From assembly GCA_965242765.1 (NCBI GenBank), contig CBDESY010000003.1, forward strand, positions 4,578 to 68,577: a stretch of 64,000 nucleotides of DNA, in the 5' to 3' direction. Made by a program: the position numbers and the translations under genes. The notes under the pieces were generated by a model. That model saw nothing but the letters and a program-made list of their open reading frames with translations, ran no database searches and was not told the DNA's origin. Source of the stretch: Dehalococcoidia bacterium (GTDB lineage Bacteria > Chloroflexota > Dehalococcoidia > Lucifugimonadales > Lucifugimonadaceae). Below, piece after piece: positions 10,631 to 18,441 of this stretch; position 1 is the first letter of the stretch; each line of letters opens with the position of its first letter.

Positions 10631-10992
10631 TCAACTACACACTGAGGATCGCCCATCGTCGCTACGGGTGCGAGAACTTCAACCGCGCACTTTGCGGCCG
10701 GTGCGTCGTGACGGATTTCCAGCAAATCGAACCAAGCGGAATCAATCAACGTCTGATAGTAATCGACATCGACTAGTTCATCGATTCTGTCTTGCCTGTC
10801 CCATATCTCATAAGGCGATTCAAGCGGCTTGGGTGCGAAGTCTTTAATCGCTCCGAGAGTCGTCTGAACCACAACAAAAGCGTTATTCAGTTCGTCTGCA
10901 TCGTCCGTTTCTTCAATGGCCTTGCCTAGACTGGCTTCGGCAGCCTTCAGATAAACGTATATGTCCTCGAATAGTCGATCAAGCTTCGTCAT
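10627..10992 (-). CDS. acidic hypothetical protein
   Basis: 121-aa ORF. Its stop overlaps the start of giant A (ATGA). No motif recognised. Confidence 0.55.
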   Translation of the reverse strand: MTKLDRLFEDIYVYLKAAEASLGKAIEETDDADELNNAFVVVQTTLGAIKDFAPKPLESPYEIWDRQDRIDELVDVDYYQTLIDSAWFDLLEIRHDAPAAKCAVEVLAPVATMGDPQCVVE

Positions 10993-11185
10993 CAGATTCC
11001 TTCTTTTTCGTTGCCTGAACCGGCATTACATTCCAAAACACTTCACCATCGTCATCAACGACGATCAGAGGTGCATAAACATTCCCATGCCCAGCATCGA
11101 ATCGGTCACGCGCCAATTCACTCAAACGCGTAAGCAACGCGTCTGTGCCTTCGTGGTTGCTGGTGTCTTCAGGTTCGATGTTCAT
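10979..11185 (-). CDS. small acidic hypothetical protein
   Basis: 68-aa ORF lying in the operon chain, with a short overlap with each neighbour. Confidence 0.45.
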   Translation of the reverse strand: MNIEPEDTSNHEGTDALLTRLSELARDRFDAGHGNVYAPLIVVDDDGEVFWNVMPVQATKKKESDDEA

Positions 11186-11400
11186 ATCACGGGCAGTCCA
11201 TCAGGTTCGTTTCTGTAGGCTGGGTCGTAACCCAGTATCTCGATACACATGTCGTAACAACTCGGACATAGCAGAATCCAGTTTTCACGACCGGGATAGT
11301 TCAACTTGCGACGCTCTTCAGCGTTGGCGGGTATCATCTCGCTAACTTCATTGTTGCATGTAGCGTTCCTGCAGATTTCCACGTTCATTACAACCGACAC
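11182..11400 (-). CDS. small Cys-rich (zinc-ribbon-like) protein
   Basis: 72 aa with 'CRNATC ... CPSC' cysteine pairs. ATGA-type overlap with the downstream ORF. Confidence 0.5.
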   Translation of the reverse strand: MSVVMNVEICRNATCNNEVSEMIPANAEERRKLNYPGRENWILLCPSCYDMCIEILGYDPAYRNEPDGLPVI

Positions 11401-11418
11401 TGTTCGATCTCCTTGCGT

Positions 11419-12375
11419 CTAGGTTTGCATGCTACGCAACCGCTCGAAGCGTTGCATCATATCAGGGTCTTGACTAAGGTCTACGAAATCGCTGTCATCG
11501 TCTTTTTGCTTGCGGCGACCGCCACGAACTGGCGCGCCAATGTGTTCACGAAGATCGTCGGACGTTGCACGAAGCCGAGCCGCAAAGTCTAGTTCGGCAA
11601 GTGTGTCGTAGCACATCGACGCTTCAAAAACATCTTTGTATGCCGGTCGGAAAGCGCGGCATCTTGGCATCGGGGTTACCCAGCGTTGACGCATATGCAA
11701 GTGATCGGGCGGCTCTGTAAAAGTCAACGGGTTGCCGACCATCTCCCAAACCAACAACTTGCAGAAATCATACTTGCCCGGAACTCGCACATAGTTGTCA
11801 CGCTTACCCCATCGCGGCTTGCCGCGCTTGCGGGGGACTTTGCGATATGTCGATTTCCTCGGATACCAAGCGCGCGTCACGTTGGGACGTAAAGCCGCGA
11901 AAACCTGCATGTCAGTTTGGGCGGTGAATACGATATGGATTCCATTCTTGCGAAGTGCGGCAAGCGACTCAGTCATAAACACGGCCGATGTTGATGTTGA
12001 CGAATACTTGCTGACATAACTTTGAAGCTCATCGAGGAAAACGATTGTGTTTTTGTAGTTCTTGGCAAGAGTGTAGAGGTCGTTGAGGTCTACTTCTTCA
12101 CCAAACTTCAATCCCGACGCGGATCCGTAGGCTACTCGCACACCGCGTTCGTAAAGACCTTTGAGCCATGAAACCGCCATCAATGTCTTGCCAGAACCCA
12201 TCGCGCCGAAAATCCCAGTAACCCCACTACCCGGATGTGGCTTGCGCGCATTGGAATCAATCGCCTTTCGGTGACGTTCCTTCACCAACGCAATCATCCG
12301 CTCTTCGTCGGCTTTCTTATGAACTGAGCCACCCGTTGATTCGGCAGTTGCGCCGCCGCCGAAGTTGCTAACCAT
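11419..12375 (-). CDS. P-loop NTPase, Zot/pI-like (assembly/packaging-type ATPase)
   Basis: Walker A 'GIFGAMGSGKT', Walker B 'IVFLDELQ', then 'GIHIVFTAQ'. This pattern resembles Zot-family ATPases (FLFIDEC ... DICLTTQ as recalled). Confidence 0.7.
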   Translation of the reverse strand: MVSNFGGGATAESTGGSVHKKADEERMIALVKERHRKAIDSNARKPHPGSGVTGIFGAMGSGKTLMAVSWLKGLYERGVRVAYGSASGLKFGEEVDLNDLYTLAKNYKNTIVFLDELQSYVSKYSSTSTSAVFMTESLAALRKNGIHIVFTAQTDMQVFAALRPNVTRAWYPRKSTYRKVPRKRGKPRWGKRDNYVRVPGKYDFCKLLVWEMVGNPLTFTEPPDHLHMRQRWVTPMPRCRAFRPAYKDVFEASMCYDTLAELDFAARLRATSDDLREHIGAPVRGGRRKQKDDDSDFVDLSQDPDMMQRFERLRSMQT

Positions 12376-12600
12376 AATGAACCTCGTGGATCGTCAATCG
12401 CACATGCTTAAACAATAGCACGTGACGGAGCAACTTGAAGCTTGCGCCGGCCCGCGCATACCGACGCAAGTTGCATCTTTGCTTTTTCCATCCCTTGCAG
12501 CGCGGTTATTCAGCGTCACACTCCGCAACGCTACAAAATGTTGATGCGCGCCACCAATTCCGAATTTTCGTCAAGTACGCATGAAACAGTCGCGGTTCAC

Positions 12601-14577
12601 TCATGCCACACCTCCAACATCACACCGCAGCTCAAGCGTAGTATCGTTGCCGAAGATGTCGATTACCTTGACTACGATATGCTTTTCGCCTGGATCCGCA
12701 TACTCATGCGGATCTGAACGCAGATTCAACGTCCGATCTCGCCGGGTGCGATACGATTGCCACTGATTGACAAACACCTCGCCGTCATACTCGAAATCTA
12801 CGGACCAGTAATCGATCCAATCCGACCACTCAGTCGGCGTGTTGGTCAGCTTCTGACGCATATATTCATCGACCGCGGGAATGAAGCTTGTCAGCTCAAC
12901 CTGTGCTGCCATGTGATACGGCGTTTCGACAGAAGCTTCGGCTACTGACAGCTCGAAGAAGTTGATGCCGCCGGCATCGATGTTGCGCTGATCGAGAATC
13001 TCGCGAGGGATGTTCCGCAGAGTGATTGCCACTCCCGTTGAATGCCGCAACTCATCGCGCAATGCCGGATTCAAGCCCATCTCCCACTCCCAACCTAGAA
13101 CATCCACCGACTTGAAGCCGTTATCGACGCACTCCTGCACGACGGCGCGCAGCTCATCAGCCGATACTGGTGCATCGGTAGCTCCGACATGTACCGCCGC
13201 GCCTTCACGGATACCATGCACGTAAGTAAACTGATCGGGCATCGGACGCGCCTTGTAGAGATTCAAGATGAAGTCGATGTAATTAGACATCGCCTCGACA
13301 CCCGACCAGTATTGACGTTCGTATCGTCCCAGGTTCTGCACCTCAAACGGACGGCATCCCTCGATATCCAACAACCGCTTACGCGTAGTCTGAATAGCAA
13401 AACGTCCGATATCCACTCCAATCCAGCGTCGCCCCAACTTTTCCGCAACCGCGGCGGTAGTTCCAGAGCCTACGAAGCAATCTAGAACGAGGTTGCCTTC
13501 GTTGGACGATGCTTTGATGATGCGCTCTAACAGGGCCTCGGGTTTTTGAGTGGGGTAGCCGAGATACTCGTTGGATCGAGTAGCGGTCTGAAACGAACTT
13601 ATATCCGTCCAAACATCACCAATCGGAATACCAGATTCATCGGCATAATATCTTCTATTTGCTCTCTGGCGGTATCGACGCCCATCAGCGTCTTGGCCTT
13701 TGAACATCTTTCGTACATATTCCTCTGAATACGGCTCGTACTGTGTATTAAATAGGTACTCCGATGACTGGGTAAAGTAAAAGATTGTGTCATGGTCTCT
13801 AACCCAATTTGCGGTACGACTTTTGAATCCCGAGCGAGATTTCATTTGCCAAATGATTTCGCGCTTGAAATTCAACGAGTTACGTGCCTCCAAGGCCATC
13901 CGAATGTGATGGTTGGCGGTGGCATCACAATGCACGTATAGCGCTCCCTTGTCGCTTAGCAAACAACCAAGGAGCGAAGCCACACTTGCGAACCAGGGCG
14001 TGTATGAATCCTGCCGTTCGCCCCACATATCTCGGTAAGCAACTTCCTCCAAAATACTTGGAAGTTTCTCCACGCTAGCATCCCCCACCTGCGTCTTATA
14101 CGAAAAATCCGCCCCTGTGGCAAAGGGCGGATCGATGTAGATGAGGTCTATTTTGCCGGCGAACTCTTCTAGAAGAGATGAGAGTACGAGTTTGTTGTCG
14201 CCCCAGATCAGCCGGTTACGCCAGCCGGGAGTCCACCAATCCGGGAGATCAACACGGCCGGTGTCTACGTCGAACTGATATGTATTAGTACGCCCGCGCG
14301 AACCGTTTCCTGCTCTCTCTCTCTCTCTCTCTCTCTCAGAAACGCGCCGCGTCGTTCTCGCGTGCGCGCGAGAACGCTCCTGTTCTGTGGCTACTAATTG
14401 AGCCTGATCGGCCCGCGAGCGTCGGACATCATTGACGCGCTCGATTGTCTGGAATGGCAACGATATGCGTTCGATAGGTTTATTCTTGCCTGGCCAGACT
14501 AGTTCTACGCGTTCGTAGTCGTGTGTGGGAGAGCAGTCTGGGCATGGCATTTTCGTCTTTGGTCCCTTGTTGATCAT
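12601..14577 (-). CDS. DNA methyltransferase, beta-class N6A/N4C (Type III Mod-like)
   Basis: 658 aa with 'ELVWPGK', 'LIWGDN', motif IV 'IDLIYIDPPFATGADF' and motif I 'LDCFVGSGTTAAVAEKLGRRWIGVD'. The order IV->I is as in the N6_N4 MTase family. Confidence 0.85.
   Translation of the reverse strand: MINKGPKTKMPCPDCSPTHDYERVELVWPGKNKPIERISLPFQTIERVNDVRRSRADQAQLVATEQERSRAHARTTRRVSERERERERAGNGSRGRTNTYQFDVDTGRVDLPDWWTPGWRNRLIWGDNKLVLSSLLEEFAGKIDLIYIDPPFATGADFSYKTQVGDASVEKLPSILEEVAYRDMWGERQDSYTPWFASVASLLGCLLSDKGALYVHCDATANHHIRMALEARNSLNFKREIIWQMKSRSGFKSRTANWVRDHDTIFYFTQSSEYLFNTQYEPYSEEYVRKMFKGQDADGRRYRQRANRRYYADESGIPIGDVWTDISSFQTATRSNEYLGYPTQKPEALLERIIKASSNEGNLVLDCFVGSGTTAAVAEKLGRRWIGVDIGRFAIQTTRKRLLDIEGCRPFEVQNLGRYERQYWSGVEAMSNYIDFILNLYKARPMPDQFTYVHGIREGAAVHVGATDAPVSADELRAVVQECVDNGFKSVDVLGWEWEMGLNPALRDELRHSTGVAITLRNIPREILDQRNIDAGGINFFELSVAEASVETPYHMAAQVELTSFIPAVDEYMRQKLTNTPTEWSDWIDYWSVDFEYDGEVFVNQWQSYRTRRDRTLNLRSDPHEYADPGEKHIVVKVIDIFGNDTTLELRCDVGGVA
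14313..14336 (-). repeat. (CT)12 / (AG)12 dinucleotide microsatellite inside the methyltransferase CDS
   Basis: Twelve uninterrupted CT units read directly from the sequence. They encode 'ERERERER' near the N-terminus of 12601..14577. Confidence 0.95.
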
Positions 14578-14587
14578 CGACTTCTCC

Positions 14588-15070
14588 TCATGTAGTCAAC
14601 ATGAACTCATTCAGTTCGCGGCGAGCTTGTTCGCGCTGTTTGTATTCGAACTCACGCTTAAAACATTCAGCAGCAAGTTCGTTCCAAATTTTCAAAAGAT
14701 ACTCAGCGTCATCGGTTGGATGACAGAACGCGCAGTAGCCCTCTTTGATGGCTCCTCTCCTGCAACGCGTCAAACGTTTATGATGCGGCTTGCGCTTTAC
14801 TTTGGACTTGCACTGAGGTGGGTCGTAGTAAAGACTGAACTCTACGCCTTCTTTGAAGTATGTGCCTGGGTTGCAGATATTGACAAAAGGTTTTGGCATC
14901 CCCCCTCCCCGAAACTCATTCGGAATAATCGCAACCTTGAAACGCTTTGTATCGTCCCATAGGTAGTGTTGATCGCAAACAAGGCACTTGAATATCGACT
15001 TTCCCCAGTTGACACATTCTTGCTTCGATGCGGCGGCGCGGCAATCTAGATTAGGGCATCTAAAAGTCAT
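14588..15070 (-). CDS. Cys-rich zinc-ribbon protein
   Basis: 160 aa with 'CPNLDC ... CLVC' and further Cys/His pairs. 1-nt stop/start coupling with the upstream ORF (TGATG). Confidence 0.55.
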   Translation of the reverse strand: MTFRCPNLDCRAAASKQECVNWGKSIFKCLVCDQHYLWDDTKRFKVAIIPNEFRGGGMPKPFVNICNPGTYFKEGVEFSLYYDPPQCKSKVKRKPHHKRLTRCRRGAIKEGYCAFCHPTDDAEYLLKIWNELAAECFKREFEYKQREQARRELNEFMLTT

Positions 15071-15255
15071 CAGTTCTCCTCAAGCAGTTGGCGCGCAACC
15101 AGTCGTACTATGCATTCTTCGCAACACCAGGTCTTTGGCGGAGCGCAAGGTTCGTCCCAACCAACCTCGGAACTCGGCGGTAGTGGCTCTTGGTAGTGCG
15201 TCGTGTAATCAGCAAACACGTTGTTCAACTCGGATAGTTGTATCTGACTTCTCAT
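15070..15255 (-). CDS. small hypothetical protein
   Basis: 61 aa, coupled on both sides (ATGA and TGATG overlaps). Contains a 'WCCEEC' cluster. Confidence 0.4.
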   Translation of the reverse strand: MRSQIQLSELNNVFADYTTHYQEPLPPSSEVGWDEPCAPPKTWCCEECIVRLVARQLLEEN

Positions 15256-15689
15256 ACCTTGTTCGCAAATCTACCGCCAACTCGCCTGCTTCTGGAGGCC
15301 TTAAAGGCCGCAAGTTGCATGCCGCAGTTGCGGTCGCATGTCTTACGACTTTTGAAGTTGCTCATCGGTTCGTCTTCACGCCGCACCAACGTAGAGCCGC
15401 ACCAATGGCAATCTCGTTCCTCTGGATCACCAGCAGATCGGTAACACGTGATACCACAGTACTTCCGTTTTTTAAACCCCGACTGATGCTCATAAGATTT
15501 CTGCTTCAGCACCTTGCCGCATTTGAAACAGGTGCCGTCTGGATTGCGTTCGTATTTTTCATCCAGAATCGTCAGCTTAGATTTGTATTCGTGGTTAACG
15601 CCGAACGACCGACTGCATTGCATGCACTTGAACAAAAATTGTTCATCCCGCAAGCGTCGCACAAATCCTGAGCATCTAGGGCAAATCAT
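15252..15689 (-). CDS. multi-zinc-finger protein
   Basis: 145 aa with 'CPRC...CMQC', 'CFKC', 'KYCGITC' and 'KTCDRNC' (FCS/YacG-like spacing). ATGA overlap with the methyltransferase 15686..16927. Confidence 0.55.
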   Translation of the reverse strand: MICPRCSGFVRRLRDEQFLFKCMQCSRSFGVNHEYKSKLTILDEKYERNPDGTCFKCGKVLKQKSYEHQSGFKKRKYCGITCYRSAGDPEERDCHWCGSTLVRREDEPMSNFKSRKTCDRNCGMQLAAFKASRSRRVGGRFANKV

Positions 15690-16927
15690 TGCATCACCAT
15701 CGGGTATGGAACTTGGGTTATTCGCTCGGCTGCGATCTCAAGATAGTCGGCATTGAGGTCACATCCTACGCCGCGCCGCGCCAGCGATTGAGCGACGGCG
15801 ACTGTGGTGCCGCTGCCGACGAAGGGGTCCAGCACAGTCGCCGGCACCACATCAGCATCGCAGTCGCACGACGGCGACCAGCCGAGTAACTCAACACGTT
15901 TCTCTCTTCGCACAGACAAACTGATAGACTCGTGTCCCCGCTCTACGCTTTTAGGTCCGTTAGTCCTGCGATTGCCCGGGTTCACGTAAGAGACGCTCAC
16001 GTCCCGCACCCATTGCGACCCGCAGTTAGAGCAGACGCCCTTCGCGCTAGTTCCCGCCAATATGCAACGGCGCGGCAATTCGTCGGGGAAAGTTGCAAAG
16101 TGGGCATCCGAACGACCTTGCAGCGGGATAACCCACACATTGTGGGCGTTGGCACCGCGCGCAAGGTGTTCTGGCGTATGTGCGTGGTGTTCAGCGCGTA
16201 TGCCATTGATTTGACGATTCGGGTAGCGTTTTCTCTGATGCGACAAGCCGACTTTTGTATGAACATCATCACCAGCGCGCGCACCGTCTTTGAACCCAGC
16301 AATTGCATCCCAACTCGCTCCGGGGTCATTTTGATAAACTAGTTTCGTCCGTATGGCATCGCCATCGTAGAAATATTTGCCGCTCTTCACAAACAGGAAA
16401 ATCAACTCGTATGCGGTTGTCGGTCTATCTCGAATCGATTCAGGCATCGGATTAGGCTTGTGCCAAAATATCGCTGAGCGGAGTATCCAACCATCATCCT
16501 GAAGCGCAAACGCAATCCGCCATGGCATTCCCATCAAGTTTTTAGGGCGTAGACCCAACCCACCAGAACCCGCTTTTCGTGCCATCCCATTCAGATCGCC
16601 CGGCACGTCACCAGACATCCTCACGCGTCCACTGCCGCTAGAGTAAGCGTCCCCGTAATTCAACCAAAACACACCATCATCGCGCAGTACGCGCCAAATC
16701 TCGCTCCCGACTGCAACCATGTTGTCCACATGCTCTAGAAACGACGCTTCGTCGCCGATTCCGTTTTCTATCCCATAATCCCGCAGCCCCCAGTACGGCG
16801 GCGATGTCACAACGCAATGCACAGACTCGTCCTCTAAAGGCAAGCAACGCGCGTCGGTGTGATGCAGACTGCTAAACCCGTTGTCAAATACCTTACTCAT
16901 CGACAATTTCAATGACTCTGCTACCAT
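15686..16927 (-). CDS. DNA methyltransferase, beta-class (SPPY; possibly N4-cytosine)
   Basis: 413 aa with motif IV 'HCVVTSPPYWGLRDYG' and motif I 'LDPFVGSGTTVAVAQSLARRGVGCDL'. An alternative start lies at 16900. Confidence 0.85.
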   Translation of the reverse strand: MVAESLKLSMSKVFDNGFSSLHHTDARCLPLEDESVHCVVTSPPYWGLRDYGIENGIGDEASFLEHVDNMVAVGSEIWRVLRDDGVFWLNYGDAYSSGSGRVRMSGDVPGDLNGMARKAGSGGLGLRPKNLMGMPWRIAFALQDDGWILRSAIFWHKPNPMPESIRDRPTTAYELIFLFVKSGKYFYDGDAIRTKLVYQNDPGASWDAIAGFKDGARAGDDVHTKVGLSHQRKRYPNRQINGIRAEHHAHTPEHLARGANAHNVWVIPLQGRSDAHFATFPDELPRRCILAGTSAKGVCSNCGSQWVRDVSVSYVNPGNRRTNGPKSVERGHESISLSVRREKRVELLGWSPSCDCDADVVPATVLDPFVGSGTTVAVAQSLARRGVGCDLNADYLEIAAERITQVPYPMVMQ

Positions 16928-17126
16928 CCAACACGATTACCGCAGGTTTCATGCCCTTTGACTCGCAATCCGGCTCATGCAACAACGGACGATACTCGGA
17001 CCTGGACGGAGTACATGTGCAGCCACTTTTTCTACCCCAGTCCGGGCAATCATCACGATGCCCCCCCACCAACTCTTCATCGCAGTAGCAACATATCTCT
17101 TTGAGCAATTTCGCCGGTCTATCCAT
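16893..17126 (-). CDS. small Cys-rich protein
   Basis: 77 aa with 'CCYCDEE...HRDDCPDWGRKSGCTC...CES'. Confidence 0.45.
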   Translation of the reverse strand: MDRPAKLLKEICCYCDEELVGGHRDDCPDWGRKSGCTCTPSRSEYRPLLHEPDCESKGMKPAVIVLDGSRVIEIVDE

Positions 17127-17337
17127 GAATCAACTCCCCATGTTCAGGACCCAGTCTGTGTCTGCAATAGTCGCCCGAAGTCGCACAGTCGCAACCGCAG
17201 TTTTCGTTGATTTTGTTGCATGAACAATTTCTCGAACATTCCAAGTGTGCGCTGTATCGATGCCCGAAGCCGCGCTTGATCATCACGCCGTCTGTGTCAC
17301 TCGTAAGGGTCATACACCACCACATTTTCGCCGGCAC
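17119..17337 (-). CDS. small Cys-rich protein
   Basis: 72 aa with many Cys ('CSRNCSCNKINENCGCDC'). The start is uncertain because internal Met codons exist. Confidence 0.45.
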   Translation of the reverse strand: MPAKMWWCMTLTSDTDGVMIKRGFGHRYSAHLECSRNCSCNKINENCGCDCATSGDYCRHRLGPEHGELIHG

Positions 17338-17575
17338 ATTTTCTCATTTCATCCGCGTGGATTTCACAAATCACTGTTTCATCGTCGTAGCGATGGTCAC
17401 ATAAGTAGCCGCAGCAGGCGGTACCATCACATTCACCATGCTTCTCGATGTAGTTGACCTCGCAGAGTTTCCAAACTTGATAATGCGCGTCGCAAAACAG
17501 AACCCATTCGTCCACTCCTTGATAGCCGCCGGTGATTATCTTGCATTGGTGCGGGTGCCTCGTATCTATGCTCAT
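17297..17575 (-). CDS. small Cys-rich protein ('CDxHY' family)
   Basis: 92 aa containing 'LFCDAHYQVWKLC'. Similar motifs occur in 47637..47903 ('VPCDKHYDL') and 17823..18101. Confidence 0.5.
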   Translation of the reverse strand: MSIDTRHPHQCKIITGGYQGVDEWVLFCDAHYQVWKLCEVNYIEKHGECDGTACCGYLCDHRYDDETVICEIHADEMRKCAGENVVVYDPYE

Positions 17576-17823
17576 AACTGATTCTCTCTCAGAAACGCTT
17601 CTATGTATCGATCTGATATTTGTTGAGCCAGTTCATCATCCATCGTGAACAGGTCGGCGAAAAGTCTTGAATCTTCATACTTGCTTTCTTCGAGAACCCA
17701 ATACGGACTTCTCCCGTACTTCCTGATGTAAAAGTGAAACACATTGCCTATTGTCCGTTCGTAAACGTAACCTTCCCTTCGTCTGACACGCCGCCACAAC
17801 GTCGGGAACATGTCTTGCATCAT
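17572..17823 (-). CDS. hypothetical protein
   Basis: The ORF track gives 17572..17880. The ATG at 17823 overlaps the upstream stop by 1 nt (TGATG), which is the coupling pattern used elsewhere in this operon. Confidence 0.45.
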   Translation of the reverse strand: MMQDMFPTLWRRVRRREGYVYERTIGNVFHFYIRKYGRSPYWVLEESKYEDSRLFADLFTMDDELAQQISDRYIEAFLRENQL

Positions 17824-18101
17824 CACTCCTGTTTCATCAGAGCGCAACACAACTCGACTGCGCGCCAATGCAACTCGCACAAGTGTCCCTCAGTCCCCGG
17901 CGCACACATCTTGTCGTGATAGTCGGTATCAGTTAAATCGTCGTTGGTGAAATTTTTGACACCGCGTTCCGCGCCAAGTTGTTCCAGATAATGCTCGAAG
18001 CATCGGCGTTGCGTATCGGTGTGATCCAAACACATCACCACACGGCCTTCGTACGCGGCATCTCCGACATTCGCAGGTCGGCATTTTTCATTGGCGTTCA
18101 T
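17823..18101 (-). CDS. small Cys/His-rich protein
   Basis: 92 aa with 'VMCLDHTDTQRRCFEHY ... MCAPGTEGHLCELH'. It is the first gene after the terminator at 18112-18147. Confidence 0.5.
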   Translation of the reverse strand: MNANEKCRPANVGDAAYEGRVVMCLDHTDTQRRCFEHYLEQLGAERGVKNFTNDDLTDTDYHDKMCAPGTEGHLCELHWRAVELCCALMKQE

Positions 18102-18111
18102 AGAGGTTCAC

Positions 18112-18147
18112 AAAAAGAACGGGGCGGCAATAGGGTAACCGCCCCGT
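18112..18147 (-). terminator. intrinsic terminator downstream of the Fn3 giant genes
   Basis: 9-bp GC stem (acggggcgg 18119-18127 pairing with ccgccccgt 18139-18147) and an 11-nt loop. On the minus strand it is followed by TCTTTTTG. Confidence 0.6.
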
Positions 18148-18441
18148 GTTGATCGGCGCGCATAGGTAACCGCGATGTTGTCTGCAGGGAGCGCGCCGTC
18201 GAAATGTGGGCATAGCTGAACCGAGCCATCACTTTTAGCCGAACGTTCGGCAAGGTTCATTCTTGCAGCTCTGCGTCTACCATTCGTAGCTAATGCGACG
18301 CGGTGAAAGAGTGCCATCGGTTTACCTATTTTGAAGTGCATACCCACGATTGTGACTGAAGTCCCTTCGCTTCTGATATAACATTTTATACCCGCAACAT
18401 GTCATGTCAAGTCCTAGTCTGCACTTTCGCATCTTCTTTTT

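Noticed and set aside
500-10645. Dozens of 60-220-aa plus-strand ORFs antisense to giant A (e.g. 500..1156, 1981..2307, 2994..3515, 4230..4721, 8726..9217). The same situation applies to giant B (e.g. 35259..35828, 35966..36478, 37238..37825).
   Set aside because: They all lie entirely inside a single uninterrupted 9-10-kb minus-strand ORF. They have low-complexity or Ser/Arg/Leu-rich shadow composition and no RBS.
15932-16342. ORFs 15932..16342 (+) and 15997..16329 (-) inside the methyltransferase gene
   Set aside because: They are embedded in or antisense to a gene with clear MTase motifs. They carry no independent signal.
18108-18347. 79-aa ORF between Fn3 giant B and the Cys-rich operon
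   Set aside because: Its C-terminus ('RGGYPIAAPFFL') is encoded by the terminator hairpin and T-tract at 18112-18147. It has arginine-rich shadow-like composition and no convincing start or RBS. The region is more likely an untranslated spacer or promoter region.
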